Made by a program: the position numbers and the translations under genes. A stretch of 64,000 bases of DNA from Planctomycetota bacterium. Its GTDB lineage: Bacteria > Planctomycetota > UBA1135. The notes beneath the pieces were generated by a model. The model did not search any database. It was given only the letters and a program-made list of their open reading frames with translations, and was not told the origin of the DNA. The stretch covers positions 64,001 through 128,000 of the forward strand of contig JASFYO010000002.1 in the NCBI GenBank assembly GCA_045047305.1, in the 5' to 3' direction. Shown here piece after piece: positions 1-9,874 of the stretch (its first letter is position 1; the number at the start of each line of letters is the position of its first letter).

Positions 1-1
1 A

Positions 2-85
2 CTTGAAGACGGTACCGTGTACGTCGGCGGCGGCGAATCCAATAGCGGCACGGCAACCATCGCAGCGCGCTCTTACTCGCCATAG
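2..85 (+). CDS. 3' end of a probable Kelch/beta-propeller repeat protein (partial, runs in from the window edge)
   Basis: Frame 2 reads LEDGTVYVGGGESNSGTATIAARSYSP-stop (TAG 83-85). L.DG.VYV.GG is Kelch-like. It abuts the convergent stop at 86. Confidence 0.5.
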   Translation, partial: LEDGTVYVGGGESNSGTATIAARSYSP

Positions 86-1615
86 TTACCAGTCGAAAGT
101 CGCGGCGATCAATACCGACATCACAGTTTGATCGTATTGGTCGCCCGACAAATCGGACAACACCGTATTCGTACCTGCAGTCCACTTTTCAGGGATGGCT
201 GCGATGACCGCGAGATGCCAATCGGCGATGCCATCACTCCCCGCCCACCAACTGGCTCCAGCCGCCACATGCATTTTGTTGTAAGGAGAAACGCCTGGCA
301 GGACCGACCCACCCACCGGGTTGCGCGACCATCCGATGCCGCCACGCACGGTAAACCGCGGGTGCAAATCGATTTCATAGCCAGTGGAGACAGCAATGCT
401 GTCGCGCCATTTAAGACCGAGGTCGATATCGATGGAACCGTCACCCCCTAGATAGCCTATAAATTCGGGATTGCTCGGATTGCTCAAACGCACCGTCCAA
501 TCGCTAAACGCCTGGGACCAATCGGTCCACACCATCTTGGCTTGAAAGCGCTGACGATCTGTCATCCATCGTTCCATTGAGATTCCCGCCTGCTGCGGAA
601 ATGCCACGCTAGTTAAACGGAAGTCATATTCCGAGGTCGGGTCATCCAATAAATTGACTCCAAGAATATCTTCCAATCCAGTGACGAATGTACCTAAATC
701 ATCACTCAAATCCACGCGCACCTGCCCTTCTAGATTCGTCGCACTGGATTGTGGCCGGTACCAAAAACCGACGCGCGTGTTTCTGCTAGCTTGCCATGTA
801 CCACCAAATTTCAGGTAAATACTAGGCGTACTGCTACTGGCCTCTCCGGAATACGTGGTCTGGAAAGCATCGACGCCACGATCCTCTCCCAGCTGCGCAA
901 TCAACTCCCCCCAACTAAGGTTTCCAAATATCCCTGACAATCCATCTGGAATAGACCCCTTCAGGTCCGATAAAGCCACTTCCGCCGCTGAGGTACTTTT
1001 GAAATTTGTATTCCGGATCGACAGGCCCAAACCAAAGTTCAAGGCCTTGGTCGCACGCCAAGCGATTGATGGCTCAAGTGCAAGTTGGGTGAGCTCGGTT
1101 GCGATAGGAATATTTGCCGTTGCTGGCCCCCCGCTGCCATCGGGGTTGACCGTCACGATTTCCAATTCAGTGAGCCGGGTGGTGGAGAAATCCACTGCCA
1201 AGGTGGGTTGAAAAACGATACTCCAGGCGACGTCATCACCCAAAGAAGCGGCATACCCCAACCATGGCCCGACCGCCCCTGGCTGATCAATCATCAGCTC
1301 ATGACCACCCGTAGTGGTGATGTCGGTGCTGGTATTCACCGAACGTGCCAAAATCTCTAGGCGGTGGCGGCTACCTGGGTGCCGACTCCTCTCGCCAAAT
1401 AAATCCAACAGCGTTGCTGGGTTGGTGGAGGCATCGAGCAAGCTCTGCCCAGTACTAATTGCCGCACCCGCCGTGCCCGCCTCCTGTGCTGAAATCCCAG
1501 TGACCTCGGCACCTTGCTGAGCAGATAAAGAAAGGGTCGTCAGGTAAACAACGGCGAAAAACACCTGGGGGAGGCGAAATCGAGGCAAAGCTAATTCGAA
1601 GGAACAGCCGGGCAT
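86..1615 (-). CDS. OmpP1/FadL-family outer-membrane beta-barrel transporter for hydrophobic compounds
   Basis: Signal peptide; hatch-like AGAA...NPA motif; amphipathic strands; W.D...S.G.E...TVRGG segment; C-terminal aromatic residue (FDW). Start uncertain because it overlaps the upstream gene's stop. Confidence 0.7.
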   Translation of the reverse strand: MPGCSFELALPRFRLPQVFFAVVYLTTLSLSAQQGAEVTGISAQEAGTAGAAISTGQSLLDASTNPATLLDLFGERSRHPGSRHRLEILARSVNTSTDITTTGGHELMIDQPGAVGPWLGYAASLGDDVAWSIVFQPTLAVDFSTTRLTELEIVTVNPDGSGGPATANIPIATELTQLALEPSIAWRATKALNFGLGLSIRNTNFKSTSAAEVALSDLKGSIPDGLSGIFGNLSWGELIAQLGEDRGVDAFQTTYSGEASSSTPSIYLKFGGTWQASRNTRVGFWYRPQSSATNLEGQVRVDLSDDLGTFVTGLEDILGVNLLDDPTSEYDFRLTSVAFPQQAGISMERWMTDRQRFQAKMVWTDWSQAFSDWTVRLSNPSNPEFIGYLGGDGSIDIDLGLKWRDSIAVSTGYEIDLHPRFTVRGGIGWSRNPVGGSVLPGVSPYNKMHVAAGASWWAGSDGIADWHLAVIAAIPEKWTAGTNTVLSDLSGDQYDQTVMSVLIAATFDW

Positions 1616-2571
1616 TCCCGACGGAGATAATCCAAGACTTGCTGGAAAATCGGGGGGTAAGGGGAGTCAAACTCCATGCGACCGAGCTTCGGATGCTCGA
1701 AAGACAATTTCGCGGCATGCAAAAGAGTGCGGTCCGGGGCCGGACAATCCGCAGGCAGCATGCCCACACCAAAGTTCTTGGCGCGATAGAAGGGGTCGCC
1801 GACTAAGGGCAATCCCGCATCCGTGAGGTGCACACGGATCTGGTGCTTACGACCCGTTTTGGGCACCACCTTCATCAATACGAAGCCGTCGAAATCCTCG
1901 AGTACTTCCCAATAAGAAAGTGCGTCACGGGTGCCATTCTCAGTCGAGTTGGTTGCCACCACCCGATTGGGAGAACGCGGATCCGCGCGGAGACGACGTT
2001 CCACCCAATCCGACCGGAAACGCGGCTTGCCATAACAAATAGCGTGGTATTCCTTGTCCACCGAGCGTTCGGCAAATTGAGCCTGCACATCCTCGAAGGC
2101 CTCTACCTGGAAGGCCACCACGCAAGCGCCGGAAGTTCCACGGTCTAGGCGGTGGACGATTCCGGGGCGTTCAGCACCCTGCCCAATGGGCAAATTCGGG
2201 CCATATTTATGCACCAGCCAGTTTGCGACACTCATTTGGGTGTCACCCGCAGAATTTCCATGCATCGGCAAGCCTGCCGGTTTGTCTAAAACCGCCAAGT
2301 ACTCATCCTCAAATAGGATGCCCGGTTCCAACTCCGACCCAACCTCTGGGACTTTCACCGCTGGTACCGTCAGGCACATTTTTTGCCCTTCAGCCACTAG
2401 AAAGCCTGGTTTTTCAATGACTTCGCCATCCAATTGCACCAATCCATCGCGGATCCATCCGGAAAGACGAGAGCGGGAATAGCCCTTACCCAGAAGCGCG
2501 ACTACGGCCTTATCGAGCCTTTTGCCGTGCAATTCTGGGGTAATTTTTGCTTGGTAAGTTTTATCGTTCAC
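1591..2571 (-). CDS. rluD: RluA/RluD-family 23S rRNA pseudouridine synthase with N-terminal S4 domain
   Basis: RLDK..V and SRSRL..WI.DG.V (S4), DKPAGL, GIVHRLDRGTSG, TGRKHQIRVH, GDPFY, LHAAKL. Start reassigned to GTG 2571; the ORF-track extension to 3018 overlaps the divergent gene. Confidence 0.9.
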   Translation of the reverse strand: MNDKTYQAKITPELHGKRLDKAVVALLGKGYSRSRLSGWIRDGLVQLDGEVIEKPGFLVAEGQKMCLTVPAVKVPEVGSELEPGILFEDEYLAVLDKPAGLPMHGNSAGDTQMSVANWLVHKYGPNLPIGQGAERPGIVHRLDRGTSGACVVAFQVEAFEDVQAQFAERSVDKEYHAICYGKPRFRSDWVERRLRADPRSPNRVVATNSTENGTRDALSYWEVLEDFDGFVLMKVVPKTGRKHQIRVHLTDAGLPLVGDPFYRAKNFGVGMLPADCPAPDRTLLHAAKLSFEHPKLGRMEFDSPYPPIFQQVLDYLRRECPAVPSN

Positions 2572-2698
2572 GTCAGAAGCCGAAACCTCGGGTACGCAAC
2601 AGTCTAGAGAAGAGCGGGCATCAGGGAGACTCCATTTGGCGCATTCGCCGTGCTGGAGTAAATTGCTCGGCCCCCTCGGCGCACCTACCGCTTCCAGG

Positions 2699-4453
2699 AT
2701 GATTTCTACTCTACTACTCAGTCTGACTTTTTCCCTTCTCCAAGGCCCGGCACAACGTCCAGGCTTGGTCGAAATCCCTGCTGGTAACGTCACTCTTGGC
2801 GCTGCGGAGAAGCCAACCCTGGAGCGCATCCGCAAAGATCCGGTGAAAGCTTCCATTTTTGCTGGCGAACTTCCACGCACCTCGGTCGCTGTAGAAGGCT
2901 TCTTCATTAGCCCCACTCCAATTACCAATGAGATGTACCTGGAGTTCGTCAACGCGACGGGCGCGGTGCCTCCTCCAACCTGGGCCGTCATCAGCAAAGA
3001 CAAGCGCCAGGAGATCATTCATGAAGGCCAAGCTTGGGTGGAAGATCAGATGACCAACCCCGGTTATAAGTTCGACGAGCAAGCACAGGCTGATTGGTGG
3101 CAAGCGCATTGGCAAGACGAAGGTCAAGAGTGGAAAATGCCAGCTGATATCGCGCTGGAGCCGGTCGTTTTCATTAGCTTCGTCGATGCCCAAGCATATT
3201 GCGAATGGATTGGCATGCGCCTTCCGACCGAAAGTGAATGGGTCCGCGCCGCGCGTGGCGATACCGACTGGGATTATCCATACGGTCCGGAATTCAGCCC
3301 GGACAAATCAAGCAGCATTAGCACCAAGCCAATGAAGCTTGCGTTTAAGCGTTTGCCGGTTTGCACTTTCGATAACCCTTCGCCCTTTGGCATCTACGAC
3401 ATGGTTGGGCAAGTGCACGAATTTACCGATTCGAAAGCGAAAAAGCTGGAGGGGTACAAATCGTTTAATCTAGAAGTGAAAAATGCTTCGGGCAAGAAGG
3501 AAAAGATTTACCCGGACCCCGTTTGGGACCAAAGCCGCATCATCTTGAAAGGCGGGTGCTGCGAGTTGGAAGATAAGTACATGCGCATTGATTCGCGTTA
3601 TGCCTACGAGAGAACCGCCGCAGTCCGTTTGGTCGGCTTCCGTGTTGCAGCAAGCAAGGCTCCATTCCAAGACTCCGCCTACCTCAAGACGCGCAACATG
3701 CGCAGTGGCGTGCTCGGCGCCCCGCCGGCTTCTGGCCTAGATTATGCGCGCACCATTGGCATGGAGCAGTTTCAGCAGTTCGACTTAGCTAAAATTGCTG
3801 CAAAGCGAGCCCCTCACGAGGCACTGAAAGCCCTCGGTATGGAGCCAAAGCTTCCTCCATCCTATGCCGTCTTTGGACCGCACCGCGCCCTGACCCTGAC
3901 CCCTTTACGCGACCCATTCGAGGTCTATAAGTGGCAGAGCTTTTCCAAAATTGATAAGGAAGCCAACAAGGAAGGACGATTCGTACCGGTTGGTGCTTTC
4001 TGTACCGATCTAGCGCTCGCCGATTACAACCTGCCTCCTGGCACCTACACCATGGTCTACATGCCAGGCCTCAAAAAGAAAACCATGGCGCGTATGGGGG
4101 CGTGGACCAAGGGCAAAGACAAGCCAGGAGCGGACGGCGAGGCGATAGAAATCAAGGATCCTTTGCGGCCGTCGATTGACATCACCAACCTCGAGTTAGT
4201 GCCGGATCGTCGCTACATGCTGCTCGCTGATGACCAAGGGGTCGCTGTGGCAGCCATTCCGTTGGCTTTGGCGCCCACCTTGAAGCAAGAGAAATCGGTT
4301 CCACATGAACTCGTGTTCAACAAAAAGACCGGCGGGCTAATGGTCAAGTTCCGTGTTGCTGCCAACCGCGGCAAAGCTTACGGCTTTTCCTTCAGCATCA
4401 ATCCAGTTGACGCCGAAGGTAAAAGCATGGCAAACCCTGCCGACTGGAAGTAG
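2699..4453 (+). CDS. Secreted FGE-sulfatase (SUMF1/PvdO-like) domain protein with an unrecognised C-terminal region
   Basis: Signal peptide MISTLLLSLTFSLLQG; ITNEMYLEFV, PVVFISFVDAQAYCEW, RLPTESEW..AARG, YPYG, GIYDMVGQVHE and GFR motifs. Confidence 0.8.
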   Translation: MISTLLLSLTFSLLQGPAQRPGLVEIPAGNVTLGAAEKPTLERIRKDPVKASIFAGELPRTSVAVEGFFISPTPITNEMYLEFVNATGAVPPPTWAVISKDKRQEIIHEGQAWVEDQMTNPGYKFDEQAQADWWQAHWQDEGQEWKMPADIALEPVVFISFVDAQAYCEWIGMRLPTESEWVRAARGDTDWDYPYGPEFSPDKSSSISTKPMKLAFKRLPVCTFDNPSPFGIYDMVGQVHEFTDSKAKKLEGYKSFNLEVKNASGKKEKIYPDPVWDQSRIILKGGCCELEDKYMRIDSRYAYERTAAVRLVGFRVAASKAPFQDSAYLKTRNMRSGVLGAPPASGLDYARTIGMEQFQQFDLAKIAAKRAPHEALKALGMEPKLPPSYAVFGPHRALTLTPLRDPFEVYKWQSFSKIDKEANKEGRFVPVGAFCTDLALADYNLPPGTYTMVYMPGLKKKTMARMGAWTKGKDKPGADGEAIEIKDPLRPSIDITNLELVPDRRYMLLADDQGVAVAAIPLALAPTLKQEKSVPHELVFNKKTGGLMVKFRVAANRGKAYGFSFSINPVDAEGKSMANPADWK

Positions 4454-4456
4454 AAC

Positions 4457-7189
4457 TTAGTTCGACAGTCCATCTAGATTTGCGCTGAGAGTTTCTAGCT
4501 CTTTGCGCAAATCTTCAATTCTGGAGCGTTCGGAGGCGACGACTTCCGGATCGGCATTAGCCAAGAAGCGCTCATTACCGAGCTTGCCTTCAATCGCCCG
4601 AATGCCCTTCTCCACCTTTTCCATTTTCTTATCGAGATTGGAGCGCAACTTAGCTGGATCGGTTTCTGCGGTGAATGGCAGGAAGACCGAACCGCCGCGG
4701 AAGACATCGGTGCCGGTGTTCGTGGGTTTCGCATCTTCGGTGCTGCCGAGATGCATGGTTTCCACCCGAGCGAGGAAGCAAGCGAGGTCCTTACACTTCT
4801 GCAGGGAGGCACTAGCGTCAACGGAATCACACAGCACGGTTGCCGCAGGACGATCGCTGGCAGGGATTTCAAGCAGACCACGCACATTGCGCAGCGCACG
4901 GACCACATCCTGCAAACGCTCGTAGTCGGCTTCTGCAGCGGCATCGGTGAGCTCTGGCTGACTTTTCGGCCAGGATGCCCCCATCAGCAGGCCATCGTCA
5001 TCCTTCAAGCTTACTGGTACTTCCGACCACAAGGCTTCGGTGAGATAAGGCGTGAATGGGTGCAGCAGTTTCAGCAGCTGCGCCAGGGTTTGGCCAAGAG
5101 TGGCGCGTGCAGCCGCAGCGGATCGCGCTTCCGGCCCATCTGGCGCTGTATCTTCTGCAGCCCACAGCCGACGCTTGGCACTTTCAACATACCAATCGCA
5201 GAAGTCGTCCCAGGTAAAACGGTACAGAGCTTGGGCGGCATCGTGAAAATCGTAAGCCTCCAGGTGCTGGCTGACTTCCTCTTGCAGCCCTTGCAGGCGC
5301 GAGCGAATCCAGCGGTCCTCTAACTCCAAATCCTCTGCCGCCGGAGTGGCAGCAAGGGTTGCGGGGTCGGCGCCTTCTAGGTTCTGCAACACAAAGCGCG
5401 ACACGTTCCAAATCTTGTTGCAGAAACGCTGCCCCAACTCGAAACGGTTTTCCGCTAGTTTCACATCTTGCCCTTCGCGGGTGAGGATCATGAGTGAGTA
5501 ACGCACGGCATCGGCACCGTACTTCTCAATCATCTCCACCGGGTCAATGCCGTTGCCGGCCGACTTCGACATACGTTTGCCATTGCCATCCAAAACCGTC
5601 GCGTGGATGTAACAAGTGGCGAAGGGATTACGTTTCTCCATCGGCAGCTTGTCCATGAAGGCATAGCCGGCCATGACCATGCGAGCGACCCACAAGTAAA
5701 TGATGTCGCGTGCAGTGGAGAGAAACTGCGTTGGGTAGAAACGCGCGAGGTCATCGCTGTCTTCCTTCGGCCAACTCAAAGTAGCAAAAGGCCATAGCCA
5801 GGAGCTGCCCCAAGTATCGAGCACATCTTCATCCTGGCGCACCAAAGGCTTACCAGTCACTGGGTGTGCACTGCCAATTTCCAAGTCATCGACCGATGCA
5901 ACCGGCACGTGGTCCTCGTCGTACCAAACCGGAATCCGATGCCCCCACCACAGTTGGCGCGAAATGCACCAATCGTGCACATTCTCCAACCAATCGAGGT
6001 AGACCTTGGTCCAACGCTCCGGCTTAAACTTCAACGAGCCATCTTTGACCGCGTTAATTGCCGGCGCCGCCATCTCCGACATCTTCACAAACCATTGCTC
6101 CGAGATCAGCGGTTCAATCACCGTCTTGGAACGGTCGGAAATGGTCACGTTGTGGGTGATGTCCTTCTCTTCGACGAACAACCCAAGCGCATCCAAGGCC
6201 TCGATCACAGCCTTGCGTGCAGCTTCCCGAGTCATGCCAGCGTATGCACCGCACTCCTCGTTCATGGTGCCGTCGTTGTTAAGCACGTTGATAATCGGCA
6301 AGTTGTGCCGTTTCCCGCGCTCATAGTCTGCCGGGTCATGGCCGGGCGTGACTTTGACCGCACCGGTGCCAAACTCTGGGTCAACTGAATCATCGGCGAT
6401 GATCGGAATCTCGCGGTCCATCAGTGGCAGCATGATTTTCTGCCCGACCAAATGCCCAAATCGTGGGTCGTCGGGGTGCACCGCAACCCCGGTATCGCCC
6501 AACATGGTTTCCGGACGCGTGGTCGCCACGCAAAGCGACTCCTCGGAATCCTTCACCGGATAACGCAGGGTCCAAATCTTGCCCTTGCGCGAGACATATT
6601 CAATCTCGTCGTCGGAAACGGCCGTCATCAACTTGCAGTCCCAGTTGACCAAGCGTGCGCCACGGTAAACCAGACCTTGCTCCCACATGCGCACGAAGGA
6701 AACCCGCACTGCTTTGGCCATGTCTGGATCCAAAGTGAATTTGGTGCGACTCCAATCACAGGTCGCGCCGAGACGTTTCAGCTGACCCAAAATCACATCG
6801 CCATGATGCTCGCGCCACTTCCATACCTCGTCGGTGAAAGCTTCGCGGCCCATTTCTTTACGGTCCATCCCTTCCGCGGCCAACTTGCGCTCGACCACAG
6901 CCTGCGTGGCAATGCCAGCGTGATCGGTTCCAGGGACCCACAACACATCGAAGCCCAGCATGCGGCGATGACGCACCACAATGTCTTGCATGGTGTTGTT
7001 CAACGCGTGGCCCATGTGCAGCACTCCCGTCACATTGGGCGGCGGCATCATCACGGTGAAGGTCTCGTTGCCAGTGTCTTCGGCAGGCGGCGACATCAGG
7101 CCACTACGCTCCCACTCGGCGTAAAGGCGTTGCTCGAATTCAGCCGGCGTGTAGCGCGACGAAAGGGTGTTCTCGGCAGTCTCGGTCAT
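4457..7189 (-). CDS. valS: Valine--tRNA ligase
   Basis: PPPNVTGVLHMGH (HIGH), DHAGIATQ, TTRPET, DWCISRQLWWGH, RMSKS (KMSKS), C-terminal coiled coil. Confidence 0.97.
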   Translation of the reverse strand: MTETAENTLSSRYTPAEFEQRLYAEWERSGLMSPPAEDTGNETFTVMMPPPNVTGVLHMGHALNNTMQDIVVRHRRMLGFDVLWVPGTDHAGIATQAVVERKLAAEGMDRKEMGREAFTDEVWKWREHHGDVILGQLKRLGATCDWSRTKFTLDPDMAKAVRVSFVRMWEQGLVYRGARLVNWDCKLMTAVSDDEIEYVSRKGKIWTLRYPVKDSEESLCVATTRPETMLGDTGVAVHPDDPRFGHLVGQKIMLPLMDREIPIIADDSVDPEFGTGAVKVTPGHDPADYERGKRHNLPIINVLNNDGTMNEECGAYAGMTREAARKAVIEALDALGLFVEEKDITHNVTISDRSKTVIEPLISEQWFVKMSEMAAPAINAVKDGSLKFKPERWTKVYLDWLENVHDWCISRQLWWGHRIPVWYDEDHVPVASVDDLEIGSAHPVTGKPLVRQDEDVLDTWGSSWLWPFATLSWPKEDSDDLARFYPTQFLSTARDIIYLWVARMVMAGYAFMDKLPMEKRNPFATCYIHATVLDGNGKRMSKSAGNGIDPVEMIEKYGADAVRYSLMILTREGQDVKLAENRFELGQRFCNKIWNVSRFVLQNLEGADPATLAATPAAEDLELEDRWIRSRLQGLQEEVSQHLEAYDFHDAAQALYRFTWDDFCDWYVESAKRRLWAAEDTAPDGPEARSAAAARATLGQTLAQLLKLLHPFTPYLTEALWSEVPVSLKDDDGLLMGASWPKSQPELTDAAAEADYERLQDVVRALRNVRGLLEIPASDRPAATVLCDSVDASASLQKCKDLACFLARVETMHLGSTEDAKPTNTGTDVFRGGSVFLPFTAETDPAKLRSNLDKKMEKVEKGIRAIEGKLGNERFLANADPEVVASERSRIEDLRKELETLSANLDGLSN

Positions 7190-7216
7190 GATTCCTCGGT
7201 CTGGGGCCGTACCCCG

Positions 7217-8107
7217 TTAAGCAGGAGGCGTGGAGGTCCAGGCTAGGGATTGTCGCAGATTCGGCGGCTCCCATCCCAGGGCTTTTCGGGTGCGCGCATT
7301 CTCGAGATTCAGCTTCAAGCTACGCGGCGGGCCATCGAAATCTAGTGCGGAAACGGATTCAAAGTTGGGCTCCAAGCCTGCAAGCTCGCAAATCACCTCA
7401 CCAAACTGCAAGCGACTCACCGATTCGCTCCCGGAAAGGTGGAATACTCCGGGCAGACGGCGGGAGGCGATTTTCCACAACATGGGGCCGATGGCGGCTG
7501 CGGCGACTGGAGTGCGGTACTCATCATGAAACAAACGCAGCCGCTGACCCGCCTGGACAGCATCCACAATTGCACTATCAGCACCACCACGACCTGCGCC
7601 CAAGGAAGGGCCAATTAACAGCGGCAAACGCACCACGGCACCGCCAGCCTCGAGTACCAAAGTCTCGGCTTCGGCTTTGCTTTGTCCATAGAGGCTCAAG
7701 GGAGAAACCGCACTACATTCGTCATAGCTGTCGGCGCGGCCATCGAAAACTTGCTCGGTGGAAACGTAAAGCGGAAAACTGTCCCACGCCGACGCCGTGT
7801 GTAACCATTCCTCCACCGCCAACACATTCACCTGCCGTGTTAGTGCTGGGTGGTCGGCACAATCCTTGGCGCGAGTCATACACGCCGCATGCACCACCAC
7901 CGACGGACGCATCATGTCTAAAACCTCTTGAAAATCCCTTTTTCGCGCCAAATTCAAGCGCACGCTCGGAGCATCCAACCAGAACTTGGGACGCACCCGA
8001 CCGCCAAAGGCAAAAGTGTGCGCGGGAAGGGACTGCCGAATGCCCCAACCTAAAACTCCACCCATACCCGTGAGCAACCACGGCGTTAAACTTTCCCCGC
8101 CTTTCAT
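7217..8107 (-). CDS. SDR-family oxidoreductase, dTDP-4-dehydrorhamnose reductase (RfbD/RmlD)-like
   Basis: TGMGGVLG Rossmann motif, STEQVFDG, YGQSK (YxxxK), DEYRTP. Confidence 0.8.
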   Translation of the reverse strand: MKGGESLTPWLLTGMGGVLGWGIRQSLPAHTFAFGGRVRPKFWLDAPSVRLNLARKRDFQEVLDMMRPSVVVHAACMTRAKDCADHPALTRQVNVLAVEEWLHTASAWDSFPLYVSTEQVFDGRADSYDECSAVSPLSLYGQSKAEAETLVLEAGGAVVRLPLLIGPSLGAGRGGADSAIVDAVQAGQRLRLFHDEYRTPVAAAAIGPMLWKIASRRLPGVFHLSGSESVSRLQFGEVICELAGLEPNFESVSALDFDGPPRSLKLNLENARTRKALGWEPPNLRQSLAWTSTPPA

Positions 8108-8131
8108 CACGACAGACTAAAGCACCCCCCC

Positions 8132-9028
8132 ATGCAAATTGAGATTCTGGCCAACCCTTTTTCGGGTCGAGGCCGCGGACCGGAAAAAGCTGCACGCATT
8201 GCCGAGCTCCTCAGCGCACGAGGACACACGGTTGGCGTGCACGTGGGGCGTTCACGTCAAGATGGAATCCAGTGGGCCGGAAATGCGGCGAAAATTGCGG
8301 ACCGACTGGTCGTAGTGGGTGGCGACGGCACCCTCAATGGTGTCATGAATGGATTGCCAGCTGACTCGCCGCCACTTGCGCTTTCACCTTTGGGCACCGC
8401 AAACATGTTGGCACTGGAGCTGAAGATTAAGCGTCGGCCGGAAGATACGGTCACTTTGGTGGAGCGTGGCGAACGTCAGTTGATTGATGTGCCTACGGTG
8501 AGCTATCAGAGCGCGAAGGCGCGGCGCGCACAACGGTGTTTCCTGTGCCTCGGTTTCGGTTACGACGGCGAGCTCATGCGGCGCATGCAGGAGCAGCGCG
8601 ATGGACCGATTCATCCCGCGCAATACGTCAAGGTTTTGGCCGACGCGATGCGCAGCTGGACTCCGGTGCCGCAAACCATCATTGCCGATGATCAGCCGGT
8701 AGGCGAATACAGCTACGGTATCCTTTCAGGAGTCAGCTTTTACGGCAGCCCGCTGCTACGCCTTGGCCGCTGTGGCCTCCAGGACGGCGCATGGGAGCTC
8801 TTCTTGTTCCGCGACGTCACACTCCTGAACGGCGGACTCTTTGCCATAGCGGCGGCCGGAGGGCAGCTGGAGAAGCTTCCCCACGTACGCCGCATTCCGG
8901 TGCGCAAAGTCAGCATCCAAGGCGCGGAAAATGCTCCAGTGCAGGTCGATGGCGACTATGTGGGGAATACTCCGCTAGAATTCCGCATCGACGGCATGCA
9001 GGTACCTCTGCTTGTTGCCCGACCTTAA
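8132..9028 (+). CDS. Diacylglycerol kinase family (YegS/DAGK-like) lipid kinase
   Basis: NPFSG, GGDGTLN, PLGTAN, QVDGD. Confidence 0.9.
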   Translation: MQIEILANPFSGRGRGPEKAARIAELLSARGHTVGVHVGRSRQDGIQWAGNAAKIADRLVVVGGDGTLNGVMNGLPADSPPLALSPLGTANMLALELKIKRRPEDTVTLVERGERQLIDVPTVSYQSAKARRAQRCFLCLGFGYDGELMRRMQEQRDGPIHPAQYVKVLADAMRSWTPVPQTIIADDQPVGEYSYGILSGVSFYGSPLLRLGRCGLQDGAWELFLFRDVTLLNGGLFAIAAAGGQLEKLPHVRRIPVRKVSIQGAENAPVQVDGDYVGNTPLEFRIDGMQVPLLVARP

Positions 9029-9032
9029 TCCC

Positions 9033-9869
9033 ATGACCAGCTCCCACGAATTCCTTCCCGGCCGTCACTTGGGCCCGAACACTGCGCCGCTTTTGCTTGC
9101 AGGGCCGTGCGCGATTGAAGGCAATCAGAGCATCGAGCTTGCGCTCAAGATTCAAGATGCACTCGAGGGCTTGGAGGTGCAGTGGGTGTTCAAAGCGAGC
9201 TTCGATAAAGCGAATCGCACTTCCACTTCTTCGGGGCGCGGGATTGGGATTGAACGCGGGCTAGAAATTCTGGCGCGTATCAAGGAAAAGTTACAGGTAC
9301 CCATTGTGACCGATGTGCATTTGCCGGAGCATTGCGCTGCGGTTGCAGAAGTCGCCGATGTCCTACAGATCCCAGCATTCCTCTGTCGTCAAACCGATTT
9401 GTTGGTGGCCGCTGGCGAGACTGGGCGTTGCGTGAACATCAAGAAGGGCCAGTTCCTAGCTCCTGCGGACATGCGTCATGCTGCAGGCAAAGTAGAAAGC
9501 ACTGGCAACAAGCGTATTTTGATTACCGAGCGCGGCACTTTCTTTGGCTACGGACGCCTAGTGGTTGATTTTGCCTCGCTTCCAGAGCTGCGCGCCGCTG
9601 GTTATCCGATTGTGATGGATGCCACCCACGCGGTGCAGGCTCCCGGCGCTCTGGATGGCAAAACCGGTGGCGATTGGAAACGTGCCCCACTCCTGTTGCG
9701 TGCCGCCGCGGCCAATGGCTTCGATGGCTACTTTATCGAGACTCACGACGACCCGCTGTCTTCGCCGTCGGATGGCCCCAACATGATTCCGTTGGAGTTT
9801 CTGCGCTCGACCCTGAAGGAAGCGCTTGCGATCCGTGCTGCCGTTCAAGGCGCGCAATCAGGCAGCTAA
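9033..9869 (+). CDS. kdsA: 3-deoxy-8-phosphooctulonate (KDO8P) synthase
   Basis: AGPCAIE, KASFDKANRTS, QIPAFLCRQTDL, KKGQFL, DATH, SDG. ATG 9033 lies just after the upstream stop. Confidence 0.95.
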   Translation: MTSSHEFLPGRHLGPNTAPLLLAGPCAIEGNQSIELALKIQDALEGLEVQWVFKASFDKANRTSTSSGRGIGIERGLEILARIKEKLQVPIVTDVHLPEHCAAVAEVADVLQIPAFLCRQTDLLVAAGETGRCVNIKKGQFLAPADMRHAAGKVESTGNKRILITERGTFFGYGRLVVDFASLPELRAAGYPIVMDATHAVQAPGALDGKTGGDWKRAPLLLRAAAANGFDGYFIETHDDPLSSPSDGPNMIPLEFLRSTLKEALAIRAAVQGAQSGS

Positions 9870-9874
9870 GCCGC

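Noticed and set aside
2572..3018. N-terminal extension of the 475-aa RluD ORF
   Set aside because: It overlaps the divergent FGE-domain gene, and family similarity begins only at about 2571.
6452..8073. Long + strand ORFs (264 and 242 aa) opposite valS and the rfbD-like gene; similar ones at 16146-16943, 18717-19475, 41304-42068 and 48726-49430
   Set aside because: These are antisense shadows expected in GC-rich coding DNA, with no motifs or translation signals.
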